Positions 1 to 13,687 of a DNA stretch of 50,115 bases are shown here, one piece after another. The DNA lies in contig JAHBMJ010000319.1 of assembly GCA_018398765.1 (NCBI GenBank), positions 1-50,115 on the forward strand. The letters run 5' to 3'. Numbering within the stretch: position 1 is the stretch's first letter; each line of letters begins with the position of its first letter. A program made the translations under genes and the position numbers. The notes below the pieces were generated by a model. The model was not told the DNA's origin. It worked only from the letters and a program-made list of their open reading frames with translations, and searched no databases. The DNA comes from Chromera velia. Taxonomy: Eukaryota.

Positions 1-1246
1 TTAGTTAGTTTAAAAAAATTAAGTTATCAAATTACATGAAATTAACGTACGAAATTTAGTCTCAATGTTTTGAAACTAGTTCAAAGAATATCAAAGAAAG
101 TCTAGAAGAAAGTTTTCATGTAAACTTACTAAACTAGTGAGTATAGCATAGTATACCATTGATCGATGTTCCCGGTTTTGCCCGCGGTCCACTAATATGA
201 GAAAGCTAGTATAGTTGAATTTTTGCTTATCAAAAGTATGTAGTTACACATAGTTATATACAGACTAATACAGAGTGTAAGAGTCACAGTAAGACAGTCA
301 AATAAAGTCAAATTTAGTCAAATTAACAAAGTCGCCAACATAACGTATACGTAAGCTACACCAAATTGGTAAAATTTTAATATGTATGGTCTTTCTCTAT
401 TTATTTGATTAATGTTTATTAATGTTTACTCCCAATCACCATCGTTTGTCGCGTCATCGTTAACCATCGTCGTATGGGGCCTGAATTGCGGTGACCTGCC
501 GGCAGTGTTGAATAGTGCAGAATGAAGCTTCCTCGTTCTGAACTCTCGGTTTTCTTTCTTCCCTCAAATAGTACACTGAAGCTCTAATGACTGCAAGCTG
601 ATGAAATGTTGAGCTTTGATTTTTTTGTGATAATTTTTTGTATGGATCAGCTTTTTTTTATTGTTTGATTGCTTCTGCCACCGTTGTACTACAGCCTTGA
701 GGTATTTTGAGCGCGCGGGGGCTATTTCGCATGCGCAGAGCTCTCCGCCCGGGCCCGGGGGCACTGATCGACTCCGCGCGACGCGCGGCCCGTCTGGAGT
801 TTTCTTTCCAATGCACTCATAAACATGCATGCACACCGCCGGGGCAAAAATTCAAGTGATGGTTTGCCAGGTTTGCCCATTCTGGTCCATGGACTCTCGT
901 CAAAAGAAAGTCTTCGATCATTGGTCACAAACAGCTCAGAAACAGATTCAAGGTCGAGACTGACAGTTTCGACTCATGCAAGCATGTTTTCTCTAAGCTC
1001 GGCCCGCGCGCGCGTCTCCATGCATGCAACATGCGCGTTGAATTTGACTGACCTTCACAATTAATCAAAAGTCAATTTTGCGGAACCCTTGAATCTCGCA
1101 CCCCCAGACGCTTTCAGGTCACATTTGTGGATGGAAGGCGTTCTCAAGAGTCTGTCACATATATGTCCTTTTCCTGATTCCAGCACGGACAGGCCAAGCG
1201 TTGCACATCTGCATATATACATATACCCTAAGAAATATCTTTGGAG

Positions 1247-2702
1247 ATGGCAACAAGGCGCCGTGTAACAGTCCCATTTGATCTGCCTCCCATCATTCTG
1301 AGAAATGTGCGTCGGTTCAAACCAGTGTCACCGTCCTGCTTGCGGAATGCCGTTCGGGCGTTCATGGAGGGACGGGACGATGCAGGCAGAGACCTCCTCC
1401 TACTCTGCCGGGTAGGTTGTGAGGTCAACGCACTGACGAAGGTTCCCGAAGAGGAGAAACCCCCGCAGCTTCCCGGCACTTTGATTCCTGTAGAAAACTT
1501 TTCAGAGGCCGCCATTCACTTCGCAGTCCGCATAGACTCTGTGGAAACGGTGGAGAGGCTTTTGCTCTTCGGAGCTTTCCTCGAAAGGGAAGATTCTGTG
1601 GGGTTGACTCCTCTGATATTGGGGTCCGCAATGGGGCAGACTGCGGTGGTTCAGGCTCTGCTTAGATGGGGGGCGAATGCGAACCGTGCAGATGTCCGGT
1701 GCTCCATGCAGCGGACGCCCCTCATGTATGCAGCAGAGCGCGGCCACGCACCGGTTGCGAAGGCGTTAGTGGATGCGGGGGCAGAGGCTGAAGAGGTCAT
1801 CTACGGACACACGGTGCTTGCCTTTGCAGCCGCGGGGGTGCATCCGTCTGTGGTGTCCGTTCTCCTCGCCAGTGGTGCAGACGTGAACAGTGCAGACGAG
1901 GACGGAGAGACACCTCTCATGAAGGCTGCCCAGAGAGAGGCCCCACCTCAGTCTGGACACCCTGAAGTGGTCTCCCTGCTGTTGGCGGCCGGGGCTCCAG
2001 TAGATGCGGGGAACCGGGTCGGAAAGACGGGGTTGATGTTCGCCTCCATTGTTGGGAACGATGCGGTGGTGCGAGTGCTCCTGAAGGCAGGGGCGGATGT
2101 GAATCGTACGGATCGGGGGGGGGTTACAGCTTTGCGGTGGGCAGTGCACAGAGGGCATGCGAAGGTGGTGAAGACGTTCTTAGAAGCGGGTGCAGACGTG
2201 AATACCACAGACCGATCGGATGGCACAGTACTCCGGCTGGCGTCAACCATGGGGCAGACTGAGTTGGTTCGGGTTCTTCTTGGCGCCGGGGCCGATCCTG
2301 ACATAACCACCGCAGAGTCGTCCAGAGAAACAGCACTGATAGCAGCGTGATGTAGTGGAGCTTCTGCTTAAAGCGCATGCGGACGTTGATGCTGTCAGTG
2401 CCGATGGGCGCACAGCGCTGATGCAAGCAGCGTTGTTTGGACAGGAGGCCGCTGTCAAAGTTCTCCTCAGAGAAAAAGCGTCTGTCAACAAAACGGGGGA
2501 GTCTGGTGAGACTGCCCTGATGCTCGCTGCCTCACACGGCCGCGTGGGCATCCTGAGGATGCTGATCGAGGCAGGGGCAGAGCTGAACTGTGCCGACGAA
2601 AACGGGGTCACTGCTCTCATCTTGGCCTCTCAGCGCGGCCATACTGCAGCGGTGGACTTCCTTTCCGCAGCAGGAGCAAATTGGCAGGGGGAATTGTTCT
2701 AG
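1247..2702 (+). pseudogene. Intronless ankyrin-repeat protein gene interrupted by a frameshift (ORF1 1247-2350, ORF2 ~2349-2702)
   Basis: About 10 ankyrin repeats (GLTPLILGS, RTPLMYAA, GETPLMKAA, GKTGLMFAS, GVTALRWAV, GRTALMQAA, GETALMLAA, GVTALILAS). The frame breaks inside a repeat: RETALIAA-TGA at 2348-2350, then DVVELLLKAHADV continues in the +1 frame from 2349. No intron-sized gap. Pseudogene or assembly error. Confidence 0.85.
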
Positions 2703-3995
2703 GGCGGACAGAGAACGATCGCACTGTGGTCGCACAGTGACTCGCACTCCATCATGTCTAGTTGCTAGAGTTTGTTTTTGAAAGCTGAGACAGACAATCC
2801 GCTTTCTCACCTTGGAGTGGTCTGTGGTCAACTTTTCAAATTCACTTTTACAAGCATTGCATTGTGACTGCAGTGCAAGTCAGTGAGACTCGCATATAGC
2901 TTTTTGTTGTATAACCTTACAATGGGATAATATATAACCATACTGATCATTGGCCAATGGCTTAATCATAGTTCATGATATAGTGTCCCTAGTAATCTCT
3001 AGTAGTATCCACTTACTTCAAATATATGGGAGCAAGTTTGATCTTTTCAAAAAGGTCGAAATAAAAACTTATTGAAAAGAAATAAAAATATGTATAACGA
3101 TACATCTATTAATTTTACACTAAAATTTTACAATAATTTTTTTTCTTAGAGTCGGTAAATCAATCACTCCCTAGATCTGGTTCCTGTTTAGTAGTAGCAG
3201 TATCTATTATATCAGTCTATATCACTACATTAATTAAATTGATGACCATGCAGGTTTTACAAAGTACTATAAAGACTCTAGATAAAAACTAAACCTGGTT
3301 TACTTCATAGTCAAACTAGCAGTCAAATCAACAGTTTTATCAACCTTTGTTAGGTTCTAGGTTAAGTTATAACCCAGTCTTTAACCAGATCTGATTTAAT
3401 CTATTATAAATTTAAGTTAATCACCAAAAAGCATATATTCATATTATTCAATGCAACTATAATGTTTATATCTAAAATTGTCCAGACTCAAGCTGTCACT
3501 CAGCTTAGCCCAATTTAAACCTAGTAACCTATCTAGTAAACTATTCAACTAAATCGAATCAATAACTGACCTAGTAACTGATTTGGACCTCAAATAACAA
3601 AGATTTCTAAGTATTATACAATTTATTAGCCTGTATTAGGAACTTGCTTCATTTTATTAAATGTATATTATCTAGTGATTCTAGTCAAATTAAGTCTTAT
3701 TAGTCGACCTCAGCCAGTGGAATCCGCAGTCAGTAAAAGCTATAGAGAGATCGAATACCAGATCGAGAGACGATATACCTAGCTATATACATACGTATAT
3801 GCATCTGCCTGACGTAGCGCCCGTGGCGCGGAGTTATGATTTTTAGGGATACTTTATAAGTGTGCGCGGAAATTGCAGTAAGACACAATGTTCTATATGC
3901 TAGCCTCTATAAACTAGCCTACATGCTAAGATTCAGGGATGACGGCCTGTTCCGTATACATAACGTAGAGCAGCCTATGCCAAAACAGTACACAC

Positions 3996-4225
3996 CTAGG
4001 CGTATCACAGAAAAAAAAAATAATTTAAGCCTGTTCTCACTTAATTTTTTTTTTTTTGCCCGACGATGTTATGTGACAAACAACTGTTGTTCAAGTGTAC
4101 GTTGCATAACTGTTGTTTTGGTATTGTATAAGTGTTGCTTAGGCGTTGCGCAAAAAAATTAAAAAAAATAATTTAAACCAATTTTGGTTTACTTTTTTTT
4201 TTTTCTTTTGCTGTGATACGCCTAG
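3996..4225. mobile_element. 230-bp MITE (non-autonomous DNA transposon) with 15-bp TIRs and 8-bp TSD
   Basis: TIRs CTAGGCGTATCACAG (3996-4010) and CTGTGATACGCCTAG (4211-4225), extended inward by A/T tracts. Flanked by the direct repeat GTACACAC at 3988-3995 and 4226-4233. Weaker internal inverted repeat at ~4041-4065 / ~4144-4162. Confidence 0.85.
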
Positions 4226-4484
4226 GTACACACTTAATGATTGGCGGTGTACTGCGGTGTATGCACATTTTCGATCCACGTCACCCTTACACACACTTTT
4301 TCGCACAGAAGCACAAACAACATGGCTCTTTTGAGAAATAGTTTTAATTTGACCGACAATTTTCTGTTCGCAAACAAAACAGCTTTTACACACATCAGTC
4401 TCGATCACTCACAGACTTCTTCTCATGCCCATCATGCAAAGTTATTCATGCTGGCACGTACACATCCGGTTTGAATCTAATTTG

Positions 4485-5917
4485 CTACACGGGCCGCGGC
4501 AGCACGAGTGCCCCCCTTGCGAGTTCCTCAATCAAGTCCGCAAAAGATGTCTCCAGAAGTCTGCGGTTCCTCTCACTTGAGAGGACTGTCTGGAGGCCTC
4601 GGGAGAAGGCCTCAAAGACCTGCGCGTCAATTTCGGTGCATCGAGTTGGAGAAAGCAAATAAGTTGATGAATGCAGAATCAGTGAAGGTGTGCCAGATAG
4701 AATAAGTGCCTCAATGAATGAGAAAACAAAAGAGAAGAGGACCAGCGCCCAAATACACAGACGGCCATTCCAACACTTGGCATGTTCTGAATTCCAAAAA
4801 CAAAACGGACTCACTGACCTCACGAGCAGAGTACCTCAGTCCCCTTCTCTCCCGGGCATTCACAAGTTCCACCAGAGCTCCGAAGGCAGGCTGGTAGCGC
4901 GTCATCGAGATCCCTGCAGTCAGCGCCGTCTCTGTCAGACTCCTCAAACACCTCCCGATCTGTTCATTCAACTCGTCATCCAACTGCGCCCCTAGGGTTG
5001 GAGGCACGGTAGATCTTCCAAACGTCCGGAGGCCCCCTTCCCCTCTCGCCTTGCTGGAACGGCTCTGTGCCACCGCGACTTTCAACCCACCGACTGAGCT
5101 TCTTATACCGCCTTCCTGCTGGAGACCAATAAGTTGCATCGCTCGTGAGAGTCAGTTTGAAAGTGCTAGCACGTGATTGGGCGATCTGCACTGAATTCTC
5201 TAAGATGATTAAGAAGTTTCCAGAGGGGTCTCTCTCATAAGCACGCCAAAACACAGGGATGAAGAGAGGGACAATATCATGAGGAAATCAATACACGTCT
5301 TGATTCTACTCTTGGTTTTCAATGCAACATCTATGTAGACGGCTCTACATTTGTCCATGCAATGAAGCGACCACACCGACAGAGAGACAGAGAGCATCTT
5401 AGAACAATCCCCCCACCTGTCCTTCCTCAAGGGCCCCAGCCAGCACGCCAGAGAGTGCATTTAAGAAGTCCTCAGACCCCTTCGGGCTTTTTGAACTCCC
5501 ACTCGACTTCTGCAGCTGCCCTCTTTGAGAACGACCAGAACCGTCACCCCTGACAGCCCTCGGGTAACCCCTGTCTACTGTCACGGATTCAAACCGACTC
5601 TGATGGAGACGCTCCACAAATTCAACCGACCCCCCATTGACCACGTCCACAAAGCCCAGAGCCTCAAGGCCCTCACAGACCTTCGAGGCGTCAAACGCGG
5701 ACGACGACCCGCCGTCCCCTCCGTATACGAGCAGCGGGGTCTTCTTATCTGTGGGTAGACGGTACAGAATGTGAGAAGCCCGCTCTACGGGAATATTGAT
5801 TGACCCCGGAAGAGAAGAGTAACGGAAAATTTCCCAAGGTCGGGTGTCAAGGAGGAGAAGTCCGGCTTTCTGCAACTGTTGCGCAACTGCAACAGCTCCG
5901 GGTGCTTGTGTCTGCAT
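4485..5917 (-). CDS. Rhodanese-like domain protein lacking the catalytic Cys, ~311 aa; complement(join(4485..4619,4819..5118,5417..5917))
   Basis: LLLLDTRPWEIFRYSSLPGSINIP...TPLLVYGG...LEALGFVDVVNGG matches the rhodanese pattern. GT..AG introns in phase 0 join the exons into one 936-nt frame. The exon 2 acceptor could be 5118 or 5115 (CAGCAG). Confidence 0.75.
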
Positions 5918-6099
5918 TCCGTTCACCACGAGTGCAATTTTTTTCACACAGGAGACTCTAGAAGGCAATGGCTTGCCTTTGAAACACCTGATCTTCGTGT
6001 CCGCACAATAGATGACGGACTGGCTCTGAAATATAGATATCCTCCATCTGAATGGGTGCTCCCTGTTCGTCCGACTGTCAGTGCATCTCGAAGTGTTGC

Positions 6100-6320
6100 T
6101 TCGATCATGCAACGCAACATGCAACACTCATGCATGTTGCGCCTATACGTGCGATACGGCTTTTGCGCACTTCATGAATGCATGCAGGCTCGCGCGCGTT
6201 TCGCGCGACGTGTTGAAATGTCTGCATGTATCGATCGATGTATATATATATATATATGCATGCATGAATTAATGGATTTAATTAATTGCATGCATGCAAT
6301 CATTGAATGATGCAATGAAA
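6100..6320. promoter_or_regulatory. Probable bidirectional promoter between the rhodanese-like gene (-) and the ODA-DC gene (+)
   Basis: Dense TGCATGCA/GCATGC, CGCGCG, ATCGAT and (TA)n palindromes between divergent ATGs at 5917 and 6628. Confidence 0.5.
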
Positions 6321-6627
6321 GCCTACTGGAACGAAGTCTCATGGGATGCCAGTCGTGAAAGGGACAAGCTGCAAAGCAGTCTTTGCAACTTTTCGCGCGT
6401 TCTGCCTCCAAATTGTAATACAGACAAAAGACTTGCGCAGAAGAGACAAACTTCGATCTTCACCAAGGTGGTGTTGTCCGTTCGCCAATCGAGACCTAAC
6501 GCTTGCTTCTCCTTCTCTGCAAGCGCTGGCAAGGTGACCCATCCTTACTAAGCGTCAGTTCTTGACCAGAAGGTGACCCCCTAGCTCTTTGTCTTCGCCC
6601 AGCCCCTCTGATCCATCTCATCACAAG

Positions 6628-9600
6628 ATGGAACTCGCCCCTTCAGTTTCCACCTCCTCCCCCCCCCCTCGGACCCCCAAAACCCCCCGCACTCCTGGCG
6701 GGAGTCCGCGAGGGGTCTCCATGACCCCCCGCGCTCTCCAGAACTACCTGGACGATCATGTTCAGAGAATGCAGCAGGAGATTGAGATGGTCACTCGGAA
6801 GCTGGAACTTGAGAAGCGGCGCCGCCACATTCTGGAGGAGTCAGTACAGAGGACCCAAGACGAGTACAACGACAAGAGACTCAAGTACAACCTCACACAG
6901 GCCTCTGATGCGGACGATGTGAGGAAAGCGTATGTGCAGGTGAGTGTCTTGCTGATACACGGGACGGGTGGGTGGGGAGAGGAAGCTCTCAAGCGTTGGT
7001 CGTTAATTCTCCAATACATTACGTTGTTCTGATTCATGCATGCACCGCGTATGCTAGGTATTGAAAGGAGTTTATTTGTTGCTGATGACTTTTCTTACTT
7101 CATCACTATGCTCAAACAGCGAAAGACAAGGCCGAAAGATCCTTATGCGCTGTCCATCACTTTCTTTTCATGGACATGTTCACGTGTCACACACTCAGGT
7201 AGACGGGCAGAGGGCGTCGAATTTTCATATGATCTTTTGGATGTCTACCTCCCATCAGGCTTCTCCGATTGAGTCCTGCTAGTCGATAGATAGTGCCTTA
7301 GATCCGGTCTGATTGCGCCTTTTGCCTTTCATATAGGGCATTCGGCTTTACGAGAAGACTTTGATTACTATATAAACGAATTATCAGTGCCTACTTTCGC
7401 TTCTTACTTGTTTCCTGTTCTGCTTGACTGATACACCTTTCTTTGCGGAAAATTTCTTTTCTCTATACGTTCTTCCTTGGGCTGATAAAAAAACTGTATG
7501 TCGGTTCTTTCAGATCCGACTGATGGAGAACAGACTGGAGAAGGCCCTCTCCAAGTTGAACAACACCATTAATGTGAACAATCAGCTGAGGTCGACAGTC
7601 GACCAGCACCGGTGAGTCAGACTGGGGATTGGGCGGATCGGACAGTACAGAAGAGCAGTCAGAGGGACAGAGAGTTTTGAATTGCATTCACGCCTTTCCT
7701 TACAAGCAATAGGCTCAAATTTGAGGATTGTACTTTCTGTACAGCAAATCATGGCCATCGTTCTCTTCTAAAGATTTCACTTCGCTTCTCCTGTTCCCCC
7801 AATTCTTTGTCTTTGGCATGTCAACTGAATGCAGCCGGGAGACCCTGACTCTTGCTGGGGTCTTCCACCGACTCCGTTACGACATCGAGACGAACTCCAA
7901 GCAGCTTGACTACCTGAAGGTTCAACAGGGGGAGTCAAAGAAGGTCCAACAGGAGGCTGGAAAGAGATTCAGTCAGTCAGTCAGTCAGTCAATTGGACAA
8001 CAGAGGCATCGTGTGGTCTCCCTTTCCTTTCAGACAGGTTCCCATTGGACGATTGTACAGAGGAAACTTCTCGATATAGGCTAGACGAGACAGGAAAAGA
8101 CAACTTGAACCTACCCTGCGCAGGGGTTGACGGTTGATGAAAATGACTTTTTTGAACCTGTGCTTTTCTTTTGTATGTCTGTGCAGACTCTCTGAACAAG
8201 ACTCTGGGTACAGAGAGAGACAAGTACAAGACGACGGAGACCGAGCTAAAGCAAGAAATGAAGGATGCAGACATGAGAATGAAGGAGATGGAAATTAAGG
8301 TCCACAAAGAGACGGTCGCACAGAGAGCGGGAGGGGGGGCGTTCCTTGTGACAGAGGAGGTCGGTCGATCGGTCTACCTGAATTTCGCATACCTCTCTCT
8401 TTAGGTTTTTGGGTTTTTCTGCGGAAGCGTTTTGTCGTTTTTCCCTGCTACAATTTCTTTCCTTTGAGCATCGGATCTGTGCAAGAGAAAAAGAGAAAGA
8501 AGGACGTGAATGTGATGTTCGTACCTCTTTTCTGTTTCGAAAGTCTCTGCCACGTCCACAACACGCCGAGTGTTCAACTAGCCCGTCGCTCTGTTTGTGT
8601 CTGCCCTCTTCTGACTGTATTCTTGTCTCCACAATTGTTTGTTCCCTCGCTCACTTGATTGACGCAGGAGCAAGGGTTCAACCAAGAGGAGATGATGCGG
8701 CGCATTCTGAAGATTTGCTTCTTGAACTCTATCCAGTATAGACACATCAGGGAGCAGCAGAGGGCCATTGAGGTTTTCGAAGAAGCGTTCGCAACCATCA
8801 AGAGTACCACCGGAATCTCCGACATTGAGGAAATTGTAAAGGTCAGAAAACACAGTCCTGATCCAGTCACAGCAGCTCCAGAGGGAGATGCAGAACGGAA
8901 GAGAGAGATGTGCGGTGGGAAAAGGAGAGAAAGACCAAGGGGAGCAAAAACAGGGAGAAAGCCAAAGAGAAAGAGGGAACCGCATCGTTCTGTCTCGCTT
9001 CTCCTTGGTGAAACGAAGAATCTCAAACAGTGATCCTTTGTGCTCTCCTGTCTCTCGTGCATCTGCAGATCTTTGTGAAGCTTGAAGAGAGGAACTTCTC
9101 TCTCTTGACTTTCGTCAACCAGGTCAGTCAGACACTGGGCACATCGTTCTTTTTACTGCGAAATTTCTGGCCTCTAGTTGTGAAGAAGATCCGACTGGGG
9201 TCACAAGGTGAAAATAATCTAAGCTCTCCCGTAGAGAAGCAGTTTAGAAAGTTGAGAGAAAGACTAGGTCCAATCAGGAGAGGGAATCTGCCTAGGGGAG
9301 AGCAGATTCGACTGTAAGACAGACCTCTTTCATTCATTCAGAGGGCAGAGAGGGAGAATGCGTCTCTGCCCGCACGTTCTTTCTTTCAGTAGATCTGAAC
9401 TCCTTCTGCCCTGTGGCGACTCTAATAGACGGAAAGAGAAGGACAGGAAGGGAGCGAAAAAGAGGGGAGAGGAGAGGAAAACAGTGGTGATGGCAAATGT
9501 GGTGATAAGCTGGAGCCATCTAGCAGTGACCCTCTCACTGGCTTGTGCGGAAATGTTTCTATCATGCATTCTTGTTTTGTCTGCGTTCAGGTGAACAGAG

Positions 9601-12600
9601 AGATTGAGGCTGTGGAGGCACGAACGAAGGAACTGAAGGGGCAAATCGCAGCGCATGAGGTCAGTCAGTCTATAGAATCTTCGCCTTTCTTTATAGTTGA
9701 TTTAGCCTTCTTCTCTTTCGCTTCAGTTGGGAGATATGAAAGAACAGATGTATCAATTGTTGAGGTTGTCCTGTTTGGACTTTTGGGGGCCTCCTAGAAG
9801 CTTCAGTCTCAGTGCATGTATTGCATAGAAGAGGGCAATCATAAGTGTGCTCGCATTATTTGCTGTCTATTTTTGATGCTTTTTTATCTGCAGAGCACAG
9901 AACGAGAAGCCGAGAAGAGAAAGGCACTGGCCCTGCGAGAGGTCCAGCACCAGATCGAGACAGTCAGGGCAGCCACAGAGGAGAAGGAGAGGGTACACCT
10001 GAGGAGCCAGGCAACACTCGAGAAGTGCAGACCTCACGTCGAGTCCCTCAGAGATTGGGTCCGTCCCTCCGTCCCTCCGTCAGGCGACATGCACCAGCCA
10101 GAGAGAGAGAAAGAGACGTCCCTATGAATGTGTACTCTCATGTCGTCGATGCAATAGTTGAAGGCGCTTTCTGTTGAATGCTATCGGTTAACTATCCTCA
10201 CACTGAGAATTGCGTCACGTTCCTTTGCTGTTGGGTCATCCGCGCGTCTATCACTGCTTACACGAAGCTGGCCTTGTTGAGGTGCAGAGATGACTCGTGA
10301 CTTCCTGCCTGTATTGCATTTTTCTCTCTCTGCAGACCGATTTTTCCCCAAGTAGGTTTCGAGACCCAGCATTGACACACACACGCACACACACACACAC
10401 ACGCACACACACACACACATACAAACACACACACACACACACACGCACGTACACACGCACGTACACACGCACCATGTGTGTATATAGATTTTATCCATCA
10501 CATTCCGCCATCTCCTGACTTCTGCCCTTCCCCTGCAGGTGGCCAACGAATGGCCCGAGGGTCTATCCAACGACCTGGTGGGACCCGCAGAGGACGACGG
10601 CTTCCTTCCTCACCTGCAGTACATTGAGAGGTACCTTCACAGAAATAAGGAATCGTTGCTGTTTGGCTTACGTTTGTGTATCGTCTCCCCTCTTGACTGC
10701 AGATCAATCAGAGAAGTGTTTTTCTTGTTTGCCTCCCGCTTGCTGTAATGAGAAGTTTCGAATTCCTTCCTCCACACTCCTGTTCGACTTTTGTTCCCCT
10801 CCACCATATCGATGCAAACTTGTTCATCCATTCATCACCCATCTGTTCCGTTCTGTTTGTTTGCAGGTTTGTCCTCCAGTTCAAGGACTACATTCCTTCA
10901 ATGGAGGAGGTGCCCCTCTACCCCGAGAGCTACTCTCCTTCCAACAAGAGTCCGAAAGGTCGGTCAGTTTTTGTTGTGACTGTATGGGGTTATGTCGACC
11001 TTTGCACCTTGTCCGTCTCTGACACTGTCCTTCCATCCATCCATCAAAATGCAGAAAGAAGAATCCTGTCTCTCTGTTGAGCATTCTCTGTATCCTTCTG
11101 TAACCCTCGAAGATTTTCTCTTCGTCCTCCTGACCAAGTCCCCCTTCTTACCTCCTCTGTCTCTTAACGATGCAGCTGGAGGGCCCCTGCCCTCTCAGAC
11201 AGTCCAGCTCCTCAACAAGGCCGCTCAACAACAGCAGCAGAAGATGGGAAGCCCCAGAGCGGCAATGCTCAAGCCAAGTCAGTGCAGTGCGTTTGCCTTG
11301 CGTGAACAGAACAAAGACAAAAACTCAGATCATGTGCGCTTCCAACGAACAGGAGAGAACAAAGAGGAACAGAGTCTTTCATGTAAAAACAAATGAAAAA
11401 AAACACCATGGACTTCACGTGTCGTTTACTGACATCAGCGTGCAAGAGTCTTCAAAGAGCTGAAAAATAAGCCCAAGAGGGGCGGACATGCAAAGATGGA
11501 CCATGGACGTCTGACATCCTGATCGACTTGTGACCCTCTCCTCTCTGCCTCGTTCCCCTCCCCCCTCCCTTACCTTCGTGTGTGCAGGCGAAATTCCAAG
11601 TTCCAACATCGACGACTCCGACGGCGACGATGCAGAGCTCGGACACACGCCTTATGATCGCAAGTCAGCAGGCCATTAATGTGTCAATATCATGCATGCA
11701 CTTTTGTCACTCTTCTCAAACCCGTTGTTCCGTGCCTTTGCTGACGTCACAACAAACTTTGAGTGCTTCATCAGAGAACTCTTCAAAGCTACCGACGGCC
11801 CATTGAAGCCTTCGAAGGACGTGTGAGTTTTCACGTTGAAACCTTGAGGCATATTTGTCCTCTGACCGTTGTGATGGGTTCATTCTCCAAATTTGTCTGG
11901 CTGTTCGTGTGTGTCTGTGGGGATACAGGAAGCTGCGCGAGAAGAGTCTGGAGTCCCTCAAACAACGGAAGAAGGCCCAGAGGGGAGCGGCACAACAAGC
12001 ACCTGGACCTGCTGTGGGAGCTTCCCAGGCGTCGGCAGTCATGGGGCAGGCACCTCCTGCGGCAAGCCCGTGGGGGGCTCGGGGGCCTTCCTCTGGGGGA
12101 GGGGGGGGGTCGAGGGGGAAGGACTCGAGCGAGCCTGAGTGAGTCATCTGCTTAATTGCTTGCTTGTTTTTTTTTATGTTTCTGCTCTTTCTGGGCACAT
12201 TGAAGAAGCCTTTGATTCTTGGTTATTGAAGATTTTCTTGTTTCTGACTGCCACATCAAGTAAAGACGCTTTGGCTCTCCTTGCGGGCCTCTCGTTGTCT
12301 CTGTATCTACTCAGTGAGAATGCTGGGAATCAATCATGTGTGACGAAGAAATTTGTCACTGGTACGAAAGGGGAAAAACAAGACAATGAGGGAGGGAGAG
12401 ATTTCGTCTGAAAGCTTGAGAAGAAGATGGAAGAGAAACATCAACAGGGAAGAGAGAATGCTTTCAAAGTACTAGACTTGGAGACTCACTCATAATCAAT
12501 TTGTGATCTCTTCGACTTCTTGTCATACCCCATTCTCTCTTTCCCCTCTCTCGTGTCTCCGTCCCTTTGTGTGCAGTGACGGAGGAGGTCAGTATTACAT

Positions 12601-13656
12601 TGGACTAGTGGAGGAAGGGCATGTCTGTCTCCTTGTGAAAGGCTGCTCCGTCGAGGCGCTTCCACCGGCGCAAGGATTGTTTTAATTTGCAATCAAAAGT
12701 AACACAAAAAAAAGAGGAAGAGCGCAGTTCCGCTCCCCGTTTATTTTTCCCTCCTTCCTTCTTTCCTTTGTTCCTACATACCTTCTTCATGTTGAAAGAC
12801 ACCGAGGGCATGCAGGCCAGCACAAAGAAAAAAGATGTTCCTCTGACTGTTTGCAGATCGGATGCTCCAGTCAGCAGAGGAACAGGAAAGAGTACAAAAG
12901 GTAGGTGAGATCGATTTCAAAAGACAAAGAAGAAAGGCAATCCTGAGAGAGACAGAGAGAGTGCATAGTCCAGCTGCGTGCAATTTGTGCTTTGCACTTC
13001 TGCCTGTCTCCCCCCCACTGAAATGCCGTACTGCCTCCTCTTTCTCCCCTGTACTCCTCTAGATCATCTTCCCAAACGGAATGTCTCTCTGCCCGTTAGC
13101 GCTTCTTGTTTGTCGTCTTCAATCCTTTCTGTAGTCTTTGCTCTTCATGTGATGCCATTTGCACCAAATTCTGACTGTGACTGCTTTTTTCCTTTCTAGA
13201 TTGGATGCCGAGGCCTTGAGAACACCTTTTTGTTTCACACATACGAACGTCGTGCACATCTTCATTATCCCTAACGTTTCCCTTTTCATCAACCCACACT
13301 CACAAGTTTTCAAATGTACGCTTGACGCAATTGATTGTTGATGCATCAATCACGTTGTTGCAGTACATCAAGGGGATCAAGACGAAGGTCAACGAGATCG
13401 AAGACATGGGGCATGTTCTCCCTCTCGTAAGTTCTCGTTCGTTTCTAACGGAGTCAGACAACTCGAACAGGACCCTGTTTTTTTATTGCCTATCTGTTTT
13501 GGATCAAGTTTGCGATATGTTGTGTTGCTCCTTTTTGGTCCCTTTAAGTGCGTAGAGGGAAGTGATGCGTCCTGTGCCCACCACGTCGTAGCATGAAGTT
13601 TCACCGGAAAGTCCTGGGTGGTTGTCTCTTTCAGGAGCCTGCTGCGATCTCAATGA

Positions 13657-13687
<31 letters not shown>

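Noticed and set aside
2348..2350. TGA as selenocysteine or readthrough in the ankyrin gene
   Set aside because: The continuation is in a different frame and a TAG follows in frame two codons later.
1228..2620. Several minus-strand ORFs over the first ankyrin gene
   Set aside because: Antisense frames of a GC-rich coding sequence with no motifs.
4976..5254. Minus-strand ORF (AYERDPSGNFLIILENS...) as a possible exon of the rhodanese gene
   Set aside because: A better acceptor (CTGAC branch-like site followed by CTCCAG at 5119) joins the exons in phase without it.
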